A stretch of 33,764 nt of DNA from a virus (IMGVR_UViG_3300032226_000257:1-33764); one strand, 5' to 3'. Positions 1 to 9,176 are shown, counted from the stretch's first letter. Program-made: numbers and translations. The notes: generated by a model from the letters alone, not told the origin.

Positions 1-42
1 AAAGATTACAAAGCAACGTAACGTTCTATAGGAGCAAAATAG

Positions 43-945
43 ATGGCAACATTCAGCCAGCTGACGTCAGAGGTACAGAGTAACCTACAGGGCTATTCCC
101 TGCGCCAAGACCGCATTACGTGGGTGGCAACAGCAGGTGGCATTTCGGCTACTTCGCTTACCATCAAGATCGGTTCAGCAGATAACCTTGCTAAAGGTAT
201 CGTGCAGATTGATAACGAACTTATCTGGGTCAACTCATTCGACCGACAGAACCTCACGCTTAACGTGGCTCCTGGCTTTGGTCGTGGCTATATGGGTACA
301 ACACCAAGCCCACACGCAGAGTATGCACAAGTAATCCTTACACCTACATTCCCAATCACAATGATTCAGCAGGCTATCAACGACAGTATCAACTCCTTGT
401 ACCCGAAGTTGTTCCAAGTCTCATCAACTACCTTTACCTTCAACGCAGCACAGATTGCATACCCACTACCAGATGATGCACGTGATGTGCTCTACGCATC
501 GTGGCAAACACCTGGTCCATCAAGAGAGTGGCTACCTATTAACCGCTGGCGTATTGACCGTATGGCAAACGTCGCATCATTTAACACTACGAAGACGGTG
601 AATCTCTATGAAAAGATTGTCCCTGGTCGTACGGTCCAAGTCTATTATTCCACTATCCCAAGTAATCTCACTAACGACAATGATGACTTTGCTGCTGTTA
701 CAGGCCTACCGGAATCATCAAGAGATGTCGTTACTCTTGGAGCTGCGTACAGACTCCTCTCTTACATTGATACCGGTCGTATTAACCTATCCAGCGCAGT
801 AGCAGATTTAGCAGATACCAAGCTGCCATCAACTGCTGGTGCTTCTGCATCTAAGTACATCTTTGCGCTATACCAACAGCGCTTACAAGAAGAGTCAACC
901 AAACTTCAAGACCGATTCCCAATCCTTCTCCACTACACCCAATAA
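43..945 (+). CDS. Virion structural protein, probable head-tail adaptor / tail tubular protein A-like
   Basis: 300 aa ORF with GGAG RBS; first gene of the tail block, downstream of the capsid module in circular order; N-terminal 'ATFSQLTSEVQSNL' helix and 'IQQAINDSINSLYP' resemble adaptor proteins. Call is mainly from synteny. Confidence 0.5.
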   Translation: MATFSQLTSEVQSNLQGYSLRQDRITWVATAGGISATSLTIKIGSADNLAKGIVQIDNELIWVNSFDRQNLTLNVAPGFGRGYMGTTPSPHAEYAQVILTPTFPITMIQQAINDSINSLYPKLFQVSSTTFTFNAAQIAYPLPDDARDVLYASWQTPGPSREWLPINRWRIDRMANVASFNTTKTVNLYEKIVPGRTVQVYYSTIPSNLTNDNDDFAAVTGLPESSRDVVTLGAAYRLLSYIDTGRINLSSAVADLADTKLPSTAGASASKYIFALYQQRLQEESTKLQDRFPILLHYTQ

Positions 946-954
946 GGAAAACCT

Positions 955-1821
955 ATGACCCGTCTGTATAGCTCCGTCTCAGTTGAGACAATTCTTTCTG
1001 CCAGTATTACCAGCTCGCAGACCTCAATGGCTGTGTCTACTGGTACTGGTTCCGCACTCCTTGGTGGTGTAGTCCTTGCCGCTGGTAACGTAGACCAGTT
1101 CACAGTTGCTATCGATCCTGACACTGTCAACGAAGAAATCTGTTTTATCACTGGTAACTCTGGCGATACATTCACAATCGTTCGTGGTCGAGCAGGTACA
1201 TCTGCTATTACACACGCATCAGGTGCCACAGTACGTCACGTACTTACATCCGATGACCTTGACTATTTTAATACTGCAATTCAGCCAACACAGTTAACCG
1301 CTAAGGGTGCGCTGATTACAGCAACCGCTGCGTCAACTGTATCTACGCTTTCAGTAGGTACAAACGGACAGGTACTCACCGCAGACTCTACAGAGGCTAG
1401 AGGAATCAAGTGGGCTACACCATCGTCACTACCGTCACAGACAGGTAACGCTGGTAGATATCTCAGCACAGATGGAACTACAACATCTTGGGCTGCAGCG
1501 GTGGCAACGCTAAATGTAACCTTTAATGCTCAGACTGGTACAACTTACAGCCTAGTAGCAGGGGACGTTAACAAGTTAGTTACCCTGTCTAACGCAGGCG
1601 CTATTACCCTGACTGTACCTAACGGTGTCTTCACTGTAGGCCAGCAGATTAACATTCAGCAACTTGGCGCAGGACAGGTCACAGTAGTATCAGATGGAAC
1701 TACAGTCCTTACCTCAACAGGTGCTACATCTACTGCGCCTAAGCTACGTGCTCAGTACTCAGCAGCCACAATTATCTGTACATCAAGTAACAACTTCACA
1801 GTGATCGGGGACCTATCCTAA
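955..1821 (+). CDS. Tail fibre / fibre-anchor protein
   Basis: 288 aa, Thr/Ser/Gly-rich; fibre-like motifs 'VGTNGQVLTADS' and 'LPSQTGNAGRYLSTDGTTTSW'; C-terminal domain paralogous to 2141..2503. Confidence 0.7.
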   Translation: MTRLYSSVSVETILSASITSSQTSMAVSTGTGSALLGGVVLAAGNVDQFTVAIDPDTVNEEICFITGNSGDTFTIVRGRAGTSAITHASGATVRHVLTSDDLDYFNTAIQPTQLTAKGALITATAASTVSTLSVGTNGQVLTADSTEARGIKWATPSSLPSQTGNAGRYLSTDGTTTSWAAAVATLNVTFNAQTGTTYSLVAGDVNKLVTLSNAGAITLTVPNGVFTVGQQINIQQLGAGQVTVVSDGTTVLTSTGATSTAPKLRAQYSAATIICTSSNNFTVIGDLS

Positions 1822-2141
1822 TGCCAACATATAAAGTCTTAGCGCAGTCAGCGCCTAGCGCTGCAACTGCTAGTACGCTATATACAGCTACGAATGCTGT
1901 AATTGTATCTAGCCTCAACGTGGCTAATACAGGAGGTGCTGCAGATTTAATCCGTATTGCAGTGCGTCCAGCAGGTGCCACTTTGGCTAACCTGCACTAC
2001 TTGGTCTATGACGTACAGGTTCCTTCAGGATCAATCTTTACCTACACAGGTGGAGTTACTCTAGCCAATACAGATGTTATTACTATTTACTCAACTACTG
2101 GAACATCATCCTTTAGTGCATTTGGAAGCGAGGCTAACTAA
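1821..2141 (+). CDS. Small virion structural protein (beta-rich, tail-fibre associated)
   Basis: 106 aa, TAATG-coupled to neighbours in the tail block. Confidence 0.55.
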   Translation: MPTYKVLAQSAPSAATASTLYTATNAVIVSSLNVANTGGAADLIRIAVRPAGATLANLHYLVYDVQVPSGSIFTYTGGVTLANTDVITIYSTTGTSSFSAFGSEAN

Positions 2142-2503
2142 TGTCCGTATCGATTATAGGCGGAACGGTTCAGGCATCTGCTGCATTAGTAATTGATCCT
2201 AAGACTGGTACCACATATACCTTTGTGTTGGCTGATGCTAACAACGAACTGATTACAGCAAGCAACGCATCTGCTCAGACTTACACAATCCCAACTAACG
2301 CCTCAGTGGCGTTTCCGATTGGCTGCCAGATAAACGTCATCCAAATCGGAGCAGGACAGGTAACCTTCGTAGGAGCAGGTGGAGTTACTCTTGCTTCAAC
2401 TGGTGCTACCTCAGCTTCGCCAAAGTGTAGAGCGCAGTTCTCTGCCGTAACTTTGGTGAAGGTCGGAAGCGATTCTTGGTACGCGATTGGGGACATTAGC
2501 TAA
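2141..2503 (+). CDS. Tail-fibre adaptor-like protein, paralog of the C-terminal domain of 955..1821
   Basis: Shares TGTTY...QIN.Q.GAGQVT...STGATS..PK.RAQ.SA...IGD(L/I)S with the upstream fibre. Confidence 0.6.
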   Translation: MSVSIIGGTVQASAALVIDPKTGTTYTFVLADANNELITASNASAQTYTIPTNASVAFPIGCQINVIQIGAGQVTFVGAGGVTLASTGATSASPKCRAQFSAVTLVKVGSDSWYAIGDIS

Positions 2504-4251
2504 TGCCTATTCTTGGAATTTTTGCTTCACAAAATTATGTACGTGGCTTATTTGTTGACTACCTTGTAGTTGCTGGTGGTGGTGGTGCAGGATATGACAC
2601 CGGTGGAGGCGGCGGTGCTGGTGGTGTTCGCTCTACAGTTACAGCAACTGGTGGCAGTGGTTCATTAGAATCTGCATTAAGCCTTACTTTTAATACTTCT
2701 TATACCGTTACTGTTGGCGCTGGTGGTACAGGTGGGACTCTGGCTTCACCTAATGGAACAAATGGAACTAATTCAGTATTTTCAACAATCACTTCTTTGG
2801 GTGGCGGTTATGGTCCAGGTAACGCATCTGGTATTGCTGGTAACTCGGGTGGCTCAGGTGGTGGAGGTTCTGCAACAGGTAGTGTAACAACAGCAGGTGG
2901 AACTGGATCATCAAATCAAGGTTTCAATGGTGCTTCAGGTTCATTACCAGAAGCAGCTGGTGGTGGTGGTGGTGCAGCCGAAGCCGGTAACACAGACGGA
3001 ACTTCATTCGGTGGAGATGGTCGCTCAATTTCTATTACTGGTACAGCCGTGTTTTATGGCGGTGGTGGCGGTGGTGGAAAAGTCACAACTGGTTCAACTG
3101 GAGGAGATGGTGGTGGTGGAAACGGCGCAGCATCTGGTCCTGGTGGAACTGGTGTAGTAAATACAGGTGGTGGCGGTGGTGGCGGTGGCTCCGCAGGAAC
3201 ATCTGGAACACGCACAGGTGGTGCAGGTGGTTCAGGTATTGTCATTGCTCGCTATTCAGGCACCACACAAAGAGCAAATGGTGGAAATGTAACTACATCA
3301 GGTGGCAATACAATTCATACATTTTTATCATCTGGAAACTTTGTAACACTTGCATCAACTGCAACTACTAAAGCAGTCGGTGGAATTGTTAGCACTGACG
3401 GCTCATTCTGGTATCACACATTCACATCATCAGGAACCTTTACTCCAAACCAATCACTTACTTGCGATTATATGATTGTTGCAGGTGGCGGTGGCGGCGG
3501 AGGAGGAACATTCTCCAATGCTAACGGCGGTGGTGGTGCAGGTGCTGGTGGTTTACGCACATTCACATCTCAAGCATTTAGTGCAACTGGTTATACAGTA
3601 ACTGTTGGAGCAGGCGGTGCTGCAGGTAATACATCTACTGGTGTGGGCGGTAGCGGAAATACTACAACATTCTTTTCTACATCCGCATCTGGTGGCGGTG
3701 GCGGTGGATCCGAATCCGTAGTCAATAATGGTGGTTCTGGTAAAGGTTCTAATGGCGGATCAGGTGGTGGCGGTTCGGGCAGTGGATCAAGTGCTGCTTC
3801 TACTGGTAATGCTGGAGGATATTCTCCAGTTGAAGGTTACGGTGGCGCTGGCTGGGTTCCTGGTTCTGCATCTGGTTCAGGCGGTGGTGGTGCAGGTGCT
3901 GCTGGAACAGGTTCTACTAATAATAATATTGGTGGTCCTGGTGGTATTGGTGCGACATCTGCATTAATTAACGCAATGGGTGCTGCAACAAGCACTGGTC
4001 AATTATCAAGTGGCAATTACTACTACGCAGGCGGTGGTGGTGGTGGTACTTATGAAAATAGTGGCAACACAACTAACGTCGGAGGTTTTGGCGGAGGCGG
4101 TAAAGGCAATTCATTACGTTCGTTCCCGGGCGATGGCACTGCAGGCACAGCCAATACAGGTGGTGGCGGTGGTGGCGGTAACAGCGGAAGCGGAGCGCGT
4201 GATGGTTACGCAGGCGGTTCTGGTATTGTTATCGTACGATATGCAGTCTAA
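2503..4251 (+). CDS. Glycine-rich putative receptor-binding / tail-fibre protein
   Basis: 582 aa; two tandem Gly-rich domains, each beginning DY(L/M)(V/I)VAGGGG and ending GGSGIVI(A/V)RY. Confidence 0.7.
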   Translation: MPILGIFASQNYVRGLFVDYLVVAGGGGAGYDTGGGGGAGGVRSTVTATGGSGSLESALSLTFNTSYTVTVGAGGTGGTLASPNGTNGTNSVFSTITSLGGGYGPGNASGIAGNSGGSGGGGSATGSVTTAGGTGSSNQGFNGASGSLPEAAGGGGGAAEAGNTDGTSFGGDGRSISITGTAVFYGGGGGGGKVTTGSTGGDGGGGNGAASGPGGTGVVNTGGGGGGGGSAGTSGTRTGGAGGSGIVIARYSGTTQRANGGNVTTSGGNTIHTFLSSGNFVTLASTATTKAVGGIVSTDGSFWYHTFTSSGTFTPNQSLTCDYMIVAGGGGGGGGTFSNANGGGGAGAGGLRTFTSQAFSATGYTVTVGAGGAAGNTSTGVGGSGNTTTFFSTSASGGGGGGSESVVNNGGSGKGSNGGSGGGGSGSGSSAASTGNAGGYSPVEGYGGAGWVPGSASGSGGGGAGAAGTGSTNNNIGGPGGIGATSALINAMGAATSTGQLSSGNYYYAGGGGGGTYENSGNTTNVGGFGGGGKGNSLRSFPGDGTAGTANTGGGGGGGNSGSGARDGYAGGSGIVIVRYAV

Positions 4252-4259
4252 GGAGAACT

Positions 4260-4457
4260 ATGACCAACGTAACCAAAATTAAAGAAACAAAGCCAACTCA
4301 ATGTTTTAGCTTTGAAGTAACAATGCTAGTCCACGTCATCGCAGATGATGAGGCCACAGCCAAGTCACAGCTTGATGAAAAAGGTGGCATTATGACAAAA
4401 CGTGATGTCAAACTATTGAACACAATTACACTCTATGGTGAAGAGGAAAAGAAATAA
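4260..4457 (+). CDS. Hypothetical protein
   Basis: 65 aa, AAGGAG RBS, coupled to the next gene. Confidence 0.6.
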   Translation: MTNVTKIKETKPTQCFSFEVTMLVHVIADDEATAKSQLDEKGGIMTKRDVKLLNTITLYGEEEKK

Positions 4458-4795
4458 TGGCACATTTTGCAAAAGTAGTAGACGGTATTGTAGAACAAGT
4501 CATTGTTGCTGATACCAAAGAATGGTGTGAGGCTAACCTTGGTGGAGAATGGGTGCAAACCTCATACAACACACAAGGCAACGTTCACATATTAGGTGGC
4601 ACTCCATTGCATAAGAACTATGCAGGTATTGGATACTCTTGGGATGGTGAAGGCTTTGCTCCACCACAACCATATCCATCTTGGTCGCTTGATCTGTTTT
4701 CATATCAATGGCAGGCACCTATTGCATACCCAGAAGATGGCAAGAAGTATTCTTGGGATGAAGCAACAACCTCTTGGGTTGAAGTAACCCTTTAA
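4457..4795 (+). CDS. Conserved phage protein, possible fibre-assembly chaperone
   Basis: 112 aa 'MAHFAKV...WVQTSYN...KNYAGIGY...PPQPYPSW...W.API.YP', a type often found after Gly-rich fibre genes; function inferred from position. Confidence 0.55.
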   Translation: MAHFAKVVDGIVEQVIVADTKEWCEANLGGEWVQTSYNTQGNVHILGGTPLHKNYAGIGYSWDGEGFAPPQPYPSWSLDLFSYQWQAPIAYPEDGKKYSWDEATTSWVEVTL

Positions 4796-4809
4796 TTTCT
4801 AGCAGTACC

Positions 4810-4835
4810 GCACCGCTTAACAGGCGGTGCTTTGT
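4810..4835 (+). terminator. Hairpin / weak intrinsic terminator after the fibre cassette
   Basis: GCACCGC(T)-taaca-(G)GCGGTGC followed by TTTGT, intergenic. Confidence 0.55.
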
Positions 4836-4863
4836 CGTACCCAAAACAATTTAAGGAGAAGCA

Positions 4864-7041
4864 ATGCCATATGGCGATGACATCACGGACGCAATCCCTT
4901 ATCCGTTATCAAACCCAACAGGATCACAGTCCTATGCAGCAACTGGTATTGCTTACGACGTAGCCTTTGGTGGCATACCGTTCTTCTTAACTACAGGCGA
5001 CGAGAACCCGTACCGTAGAGTAACTGCTCAGTATCGTAAGCAGCAGATTGATATGTCACGTGAGCCAGGTGAGCAGACGCTCACTGGTTGGTGGCTACGT
5101 TCACAGTCAACCTTCCACCTTGGTCAAGGCATTAAGTTCTTTGAGCCACAGCAGGATGAGTCACTGCGTTTCCAGTACACCTTCAGTAAGGGCTGCAACG
5201 TATGGGACAAGGGGCAGGTAACACTGCTCAAGGATGTAGATACCTTTCACGCAACTACTGGTGAGTTGCAAGCCAACAAGCGACCATTCCAAATCCTGCG
5301 TTCTATTAGACCAGACTGGACTGTAACTAATAGAGCCTTGACATCTAATGTAGTAACGCTAACTATCGGTGCACACAAGCTGACTGTTGGTTCTACAGTA
5401 AACGTTGACAACATCAACAGCACTTTTAATGGTACCTACGTACTGACTGCGGTAGCAGCAACAACTATCTCCTATGCCAAGACAGCAGCTAACGTAACAT
5501 CGGTAGCATCTGGTGGATCCGTAACTCAGGACTCTGTCCTTCTATGGGATGAGTACGACGTAGACAAGATTGACGTGGGTGGGAAACTTACCAACTTTAT
5601 TGACTACGTACCTGGTACAGACTATCGAGTATTTGCTATCTGCGATGATGGAACCTTTGCCTACTGGGTAACTAACGTACTCAATAGTGGTACTCCAAGA
5701 CTAAGAGTATACAAGAAGTTACTAACTGACGACAGTTCTGTATCGCCTACTCTAATGATTAGCGATAACAGTATTACTGTAGTCAACGCTGTTATGGAAT
5801 ACACCAAAGAACGTATTATTATGTGCGTTAACGACAAGGTGTATGAGTTTGCTAGTACTGCAACTGCACTACCTGCTGCGGTCTATTCACACAACGATCC
5901 AGACCATATCTTTACTAGCATCACCTCAAGCGGTGCTGCAATCTACGTGGCAGGCTACGGCGGTATCCAGTCAAACATCTACAAGTTCACGCTGACTACA
6001 GCAGGTGCTATGCCTACGCTGACCAGTGCTATCACTGCAGCTGAACTACCAGTAGGCGAAGTAGCCTTCCGTATCTATTACTACCTTGGCTATATGGCTA
6101 TCGGTACTAACCTAGGTCTTCGCGTTGCTGCAGTATCAGACCAAGATGGCTCTATTGCCTACGGTCCACTTATCTTTGAAACAGACCAGCCTGTGTATGA
6201 CGTGGCAGGGTATGACAAGTATCTATGGTGCACAACCAACGTAGATGGCGCACCTGGTGTTACCCGCGTAGACCTTGGCCAGCAGGTAGGAACTAACCTA
6301 GTCTTTGCTTACGCTTGGGATCTATACGACCCAAGTAAGACTAACTTTACTACAACATCTTGTTCATTCTCAGGCAATACAAATCGTTTAGTATTTTGTA
6401 CAGCCAATAACGGTACAACTGATGGAACTGTCTTCATTGAATCAGCTTCAAGACTAGTACCTACAGCAACTCTACGTGTGGGCTACATCCGATACAACAC
6501 ACTTGAGAACAAAATCTTCAAGTTCCTACAGCCACGCTTTGAGTCAGCCAACGGCGCTTTATCTATCTACTCTATTGATTCAAACAACAACGAGTACTCC
6601 ATCGGTTCATTCTCACAGGGTGCAGACATCACGCAGATTGGTATTCCATACCCTGCTACCCCTCAGCAGTACCTTGGCTTCAAGTTCATAATGACTCGTT
6701 CAGATACAGACAACACCAAGGGGCCACTCTTTACTGGCTACCAGATTCGAGTGCTGGCTTCTATCCCACGTCAGCGTTTGATTCAGTACCCAGTAGAACT
6801 CTACGACAGCGAGATGGATAAGTTTAATAACCCAACAGGTTATGAAGGCTACGCCTATGACCGCTTGATAAATATGCAGGGCATAGAAAACCTTGGCGAC
6901 CTTATCCGTGTGGAGGACTTCCGTACTGGTGAGTCATACCTTGGACTCATCGAAGAGATGGACTTTATTAACCGCACACCTACTGATAAGCGCTACTCCG
7001 GATACGGCGGAATGCTACTGATTACAATTAGGACGGCATAA
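4864..7041 (+). CDS. Large tail protein, probable tail tubular protein B / nozzle-like (beta-propeller-like)
   Basis: 725 aa, AAGGAG RBS, beta-rich aromatic repeats, last structural gene before lysis genes. Confidence 0.55.
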   Translation: MPYGDDITDAIPYPLSNPTGSQSYAATGIAYDVAFGGIPFFLTTGDENPYRRVTAQYRKQQIDMSREPGEQTLTGWWLRSQSTFHLGQGIKFFEPQQDESLRFQYTFSKGCNVWDKGQVTLLKDVDTFHATTGELQANKRPFQILRSIRPDWTVTNRALTSNVVTLTIGAHKLTVGSTVNVDNINSTFNGTYVLTAVAATTISYAKTAANVTSVASGGSVTQDSVLLWDEYDVDKIDVGGKLTNFIDYVPGTDYRVFAICDDGTFAYWVTNVLNSGTPRLRVYKKLLTDDSSVSPTLMISDNSITVVNAVMEYTKERIIMCVNDKVYEFASTATALPAAVYSHNDPDHIFTSITSSGAAIYVAGYGGIQSNIYKFTLTTAGAMPTLTSAITAAELPVGEVAFRIYYYLGYMAIGTNLGLRVAAVSDQDGSIAYGPLIFETDQPVYDVAGYDKYLWCTTNVDGAPGVTRVDLGQQVGTNLVFAYAWDLYDPSKTNFTTTSCSFSGNTNRLVFCTANNGTTDGTVFIESASRLVPTATLRVGYIRYNTLENKIFKFLQPRFESANGALSIYSIDSNNNEYSIGSFSQGADITQIGIPYPATPQQYLGFKFIMTRSDTDNTKGPLFTGYQIRVLASIPRQRLIQYPVELYDSEMDKFNNPTGYEGYAYDRLINMQGIENLGDLIRVEDFRTGESYLGLIEEMDFINRTPTDKRYSGYGGMLLITIRTA

Positions 7042-7244
7042 TGCAGGCACAAGACTACGCAACAGTAGCCATTGCAGTAATGACAATCATCGGTGGATTT
7101 ATTGGCGCCGTTAAATGGTTGGTTAAGCATTACTTGAATGAACTTAAGCCCAACTCAGGCTCAAGTCTCAAGGACTCCGTCACAAGGCTAGAGGAAAAGG
7201 TTGAGATTCTCTACCAGATTATGATTCAACGAGGTGGTAAGTGA
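7041..7244 (+). CDS. Small membrane protein of the lysis cassette
   Basis: 67 aa, one N-terminal TM segment and a C-terminal coiled segment; precedes the endolysin. Confidence 0.55.
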   Translation: MQAQDYATVAIAVMTIIGGFIGAVKWLVKHYLNELKPNSGSSLKDSVTRLEEKVEILYQIMIQRGGK

Positions 7245-7696
7245 TTCCATTAGCAAAGAAGGCAAGCCCTGCTGCTATTGCAGCTCTACGTCAGGCAACA
7301 GCCTTGCGCCCAAAGCGCAAGAAGGCTAGCGATGGGTTACTACCATCTAAGGATCACATCAAGCAGAACCCAAACTCTGACCACAACTCAGGCTTTGCAG
7401 TAGACATTACTCACGACCCAGTAAATGGGATTGATTGTTCCTTTGCTTTCATCAAGCTACAGCAGGACAAGCGCGTGAAGTATCTGATATTCAACGGCAA
7501 GATATGGTCACCTGAAAAGGGCAACCGTGACTACACCGGTAGCAACAAACACACAAAGCATCTTCACATCTCCATCAAGGAGAAGTGTGGGTACGACACC
7601 TCGCCTTGGTTTCCTTGGCTTGGTGAAGTGACGAAGATAAACAAAGTAAAGGCTAAGTTTCCTAAACCTTTACCTAAGAAGAAGGAAGTTAAATGA
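7241..7696 (+). CDS. Putative endolysin, Zn peptidase of the M15 / Hedgehog-DD-peptidase fold
   Basis: S-D-H-x6-D motif (NSDHNSGFAVD) and H-x-H (KHLHIS); Lys-rich C-terminus; flanked by membrane protein genes. Confidence 0.7.
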   Translation: MIPLAKKASPAAIAALRQATALRPKRKKASDGLLPSKDHIKQNPNSDHNSGFAVDITHDPVNGIDCSFAFIKLQQDKRVKYLIFNGKIWSPEKGNRDYTGSNKHTKHLHISIKEKCGYDTSPWFPWLGEVTKINKVKAKFPKPLPKKKEVK

Positions 7697-7839
7697 AGAC
7701 ATATATGAAGAACCCAATCGTTCTCGCAGCTGGTGCATTCCTTGCTGCTTGGGCCTCAAGCAATTTTGACCTTGACTACCGCGCAATTCTTTGGGCAGTA
7801 CTCTCAGGTATTTTTGGATACGCCACACCAAAGAAGTAA
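7693..7839 (+). CDS. Putative holin (48 aa, two TM segments)
   Basis: Not in the ORF track; read manually as MKTYMKNPIVLAAGAFLAAWASSNFDLDYRAILWAVLSGIFGYATPKK; ATGA overlap with the endolysin stop. Confidence 0.7.
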   Translation: MKTYMKNPIVLAAGAFLAAWASSNFDLDYRAILWAVLSGIFGYATPKK

Positions 7840-7858
7840 TTATTGACTGCGAGGCTAT

Positions 7859-7896
7859 AGCCCCTGCTCAGGAGAAATCCTGGGTGGGGGCTTTTT
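7859..7896 (+). terminator. Intrinsic terminator ending the late transcript
   Basis: AGCCCCTGCTCAGGA-gaaa-TCCTGGGTGGGGGCT stem (with G-U pairs) plus a T tract, between convergent genes. Confidence 0.85.
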
Positions 7897-7898
7897 CG

Positions 7899-8255
7899 TC
7901 ATTGTATGCCGGAGTTACTGTCACCGTTCAAGTGTGTCTTGAGGCGGTGGCAGTTTGCACATAGCGTCTGTAGGTTAGACGGGTCGTTGTTGAACCTGTC
8001 TCCGTCGATGTGGTCAACGTCGAGCTGACTGATGTGTACTGGTTTGAAGTCGCAGTGCTGGCAGTAGTCCTTCTTGTGGACTGCGTATGGGTATCTACTC
8101 TTGATGACTGTGCGCTTGTAGACTGCGTAGCATCTGTACTTACTGGTAACAGATTCAAGTCTGCCGTCACGTATCTTGACTTTTGTAGGTCCACAGATTG
8201 AACATACACCCGTCCGTAGGGTTTCATTAACTTCCGAAAGTCTGTGCTTCATCAC
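7899..8255 (-). CDS. HNH endonuclease
   Basis: CxxC...LDVDHIDGDRFNNDPSNLQTLCANCHRLKT, a canonical HNH motif; extra N-terminal CSIC. Confidence 0.9.
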   Translation of the reverse strand: MMKHRLSEVNETLRTGVCSICGPTKVKIRDGRLESVTSKYRCYAVYKRTVIKSRYPYAVHKKDYCQHCDFKPVHISQLDVDHIDGDRFNNDPSNLQTLCANCHRLKTHLNGDSNSGIQ

Positions 8256-8493
8256 GATCTGGAGGGCAAGGTAGCTTTACTAGATTGCCACAATTTACGC
8301 AGGTTCCGTCCAGGAAATACCAGACTAGTTCGTAGTCATCAAAGGACACTAAGGCGTTGAAAACCTGTGACCCACACGGACAGACGTGTACTGGTCCTAA
8401 GTCCCGCAAATCGGCCCCAAAAGGCTCAGGAAGGCCATTGTATGGGTTACGATAAGACCTGAATTTCTGCAGGGTTGGTAGACGGAGCCGCAT
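8227..8493 (-). CDS. Hypothetical Zn-ribbon protein
   Basis: CPCG...CVNCG; start moved to ATG 8493 because AGGAGG lies 9 nt upstream. Confidence 0.65.
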   Translation of the reverse strand: MRLRLPTLQKFRSYRNPYNGLPEPFGADLRDLGPVHVCPCGSQVFNALVSFDDYELVWYFLDGTCVNCGNLVKLPCPPDRDEAQTFGS

Positions 8494-8502
8494 AGTATCG
8501 GG

Positions 8503-8615
8503 CCTCCTGACTGTCGGCCCTCTAAGGGCCGCTACCGTTATTCGCCTACGGCTCATATTATAGACACCATCTGCCTAGTATGTGTCTTACGACACGCCGT
8601 GATAGGATGCCTAGT
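8503..8615. promoter_or_regulatory. Divergent promoter region with GACAC motifs
   Basis: Minus-strand TATAAT at 8562-8557; plus-strand TAGGAT at 8603-8608, 7 nt before ATG 8616 (leaderless geometry); GACAC at 8563 and inverted GTGTC-ttac-GACAC at 8582-8595; hairpin CGGCCCT-cta-AGGGCCG at 8515-8531. Confidence 0.6.
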
Positions 8616-9176
8616 ATGACAACACTCGTAGGTATCCAAGGTCACGACTTTATTCTAATGGCGGCAGACTCGCAGATAACTGACGGGGATCAACGCATCA
8701 TATCTATCGAGACTCCGAAGATAGTCAACACTAGTAAGTACCTACTCGGTCTTACTGGTGACTCACGACCAGGAGATATCCTCGCCTATACGTGGAAGCC
8801 ACCGCTCTATCGCGGTGAGAACCCAACGAAGTTTATGGGTAGCAAGGTACTGCCTAGTATCTCAGCTGCTTTCAAGGAAGGTAACTATGAGGTAGATAAC
8901 AAGGAGATGAACTTCTCGTTCCTTATCGCTTTCAATGGCAACCTGTTCTCTATTGGTGGTGACCTGTCCTTTAACACATCCGAGCGTGGGATATTCGCGG
9001 CAGGCTCAGGTGGAAATTATGCCCTTGGGTACTTGTATTCCTTGCCACCTAAGAATTACAATAAGGTTCTCACAGCAAGTGTGGTAGCTGAGAGGGCAGT
9101 GCAGATTGCATCTATCTTAGATATCAACACATCACCACCGATTCAAGTAGTAGTACAGGAAAGGGTTTACAAATGA
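8616..9176 (+). CDS. Proteasome beta-subunit / HslV-like Ntn threonine protease
   Basis: From ATG 8616 the mature N-terminus is TTLVG; Thr1, Asp17, Lys34, Gly47 and GSG (Ser130) line up with proteasome-beta catalytic positions T1/D17/K33/G47/S129. Confidence 0.85.
   Translation: MTTLVGIQGHDFILMAADSQITDGDQRIISIETPKIVNTSKYLLGLTGDSRPGDILAYTWKPPLYRGENPTKFMGSKVLPSISAAFKEGNYEVDNKEMNFSFLIAFNGNLFSIGGDLSFNTSERGIFAAGSGGNYALGYLYSLPPKNYNKVLTASVVAERAVQIASILDINTSPPIQVVVQERVYK

Noticed and set aside
18-34. Phage-sigma late promoter motif (CG..CTATA, also near 20285 and 32927)
   Set aside because: Spacing and sequence are too variable across three sites to define a consensus by eye; motif discovery on related genomes is needed.
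2897-4282. Val-rich and poly-Pro ORFs overlapping the Gly-rich gene
   Set aside because: Frame and strand shadows of GGT/GGC codon runs.
2503-4795. Diversity-generating retroelement acting on the fibre genes
   Set aside because: No reverse transcriptase and no near-identical template/variable repeat pair seen.
8580-8615. Longer N-terminus or propeptide for the protease
   Set aside because: The extension overlaps the promoter motifs; ATG 8616 puts Thr1 directly after Met.
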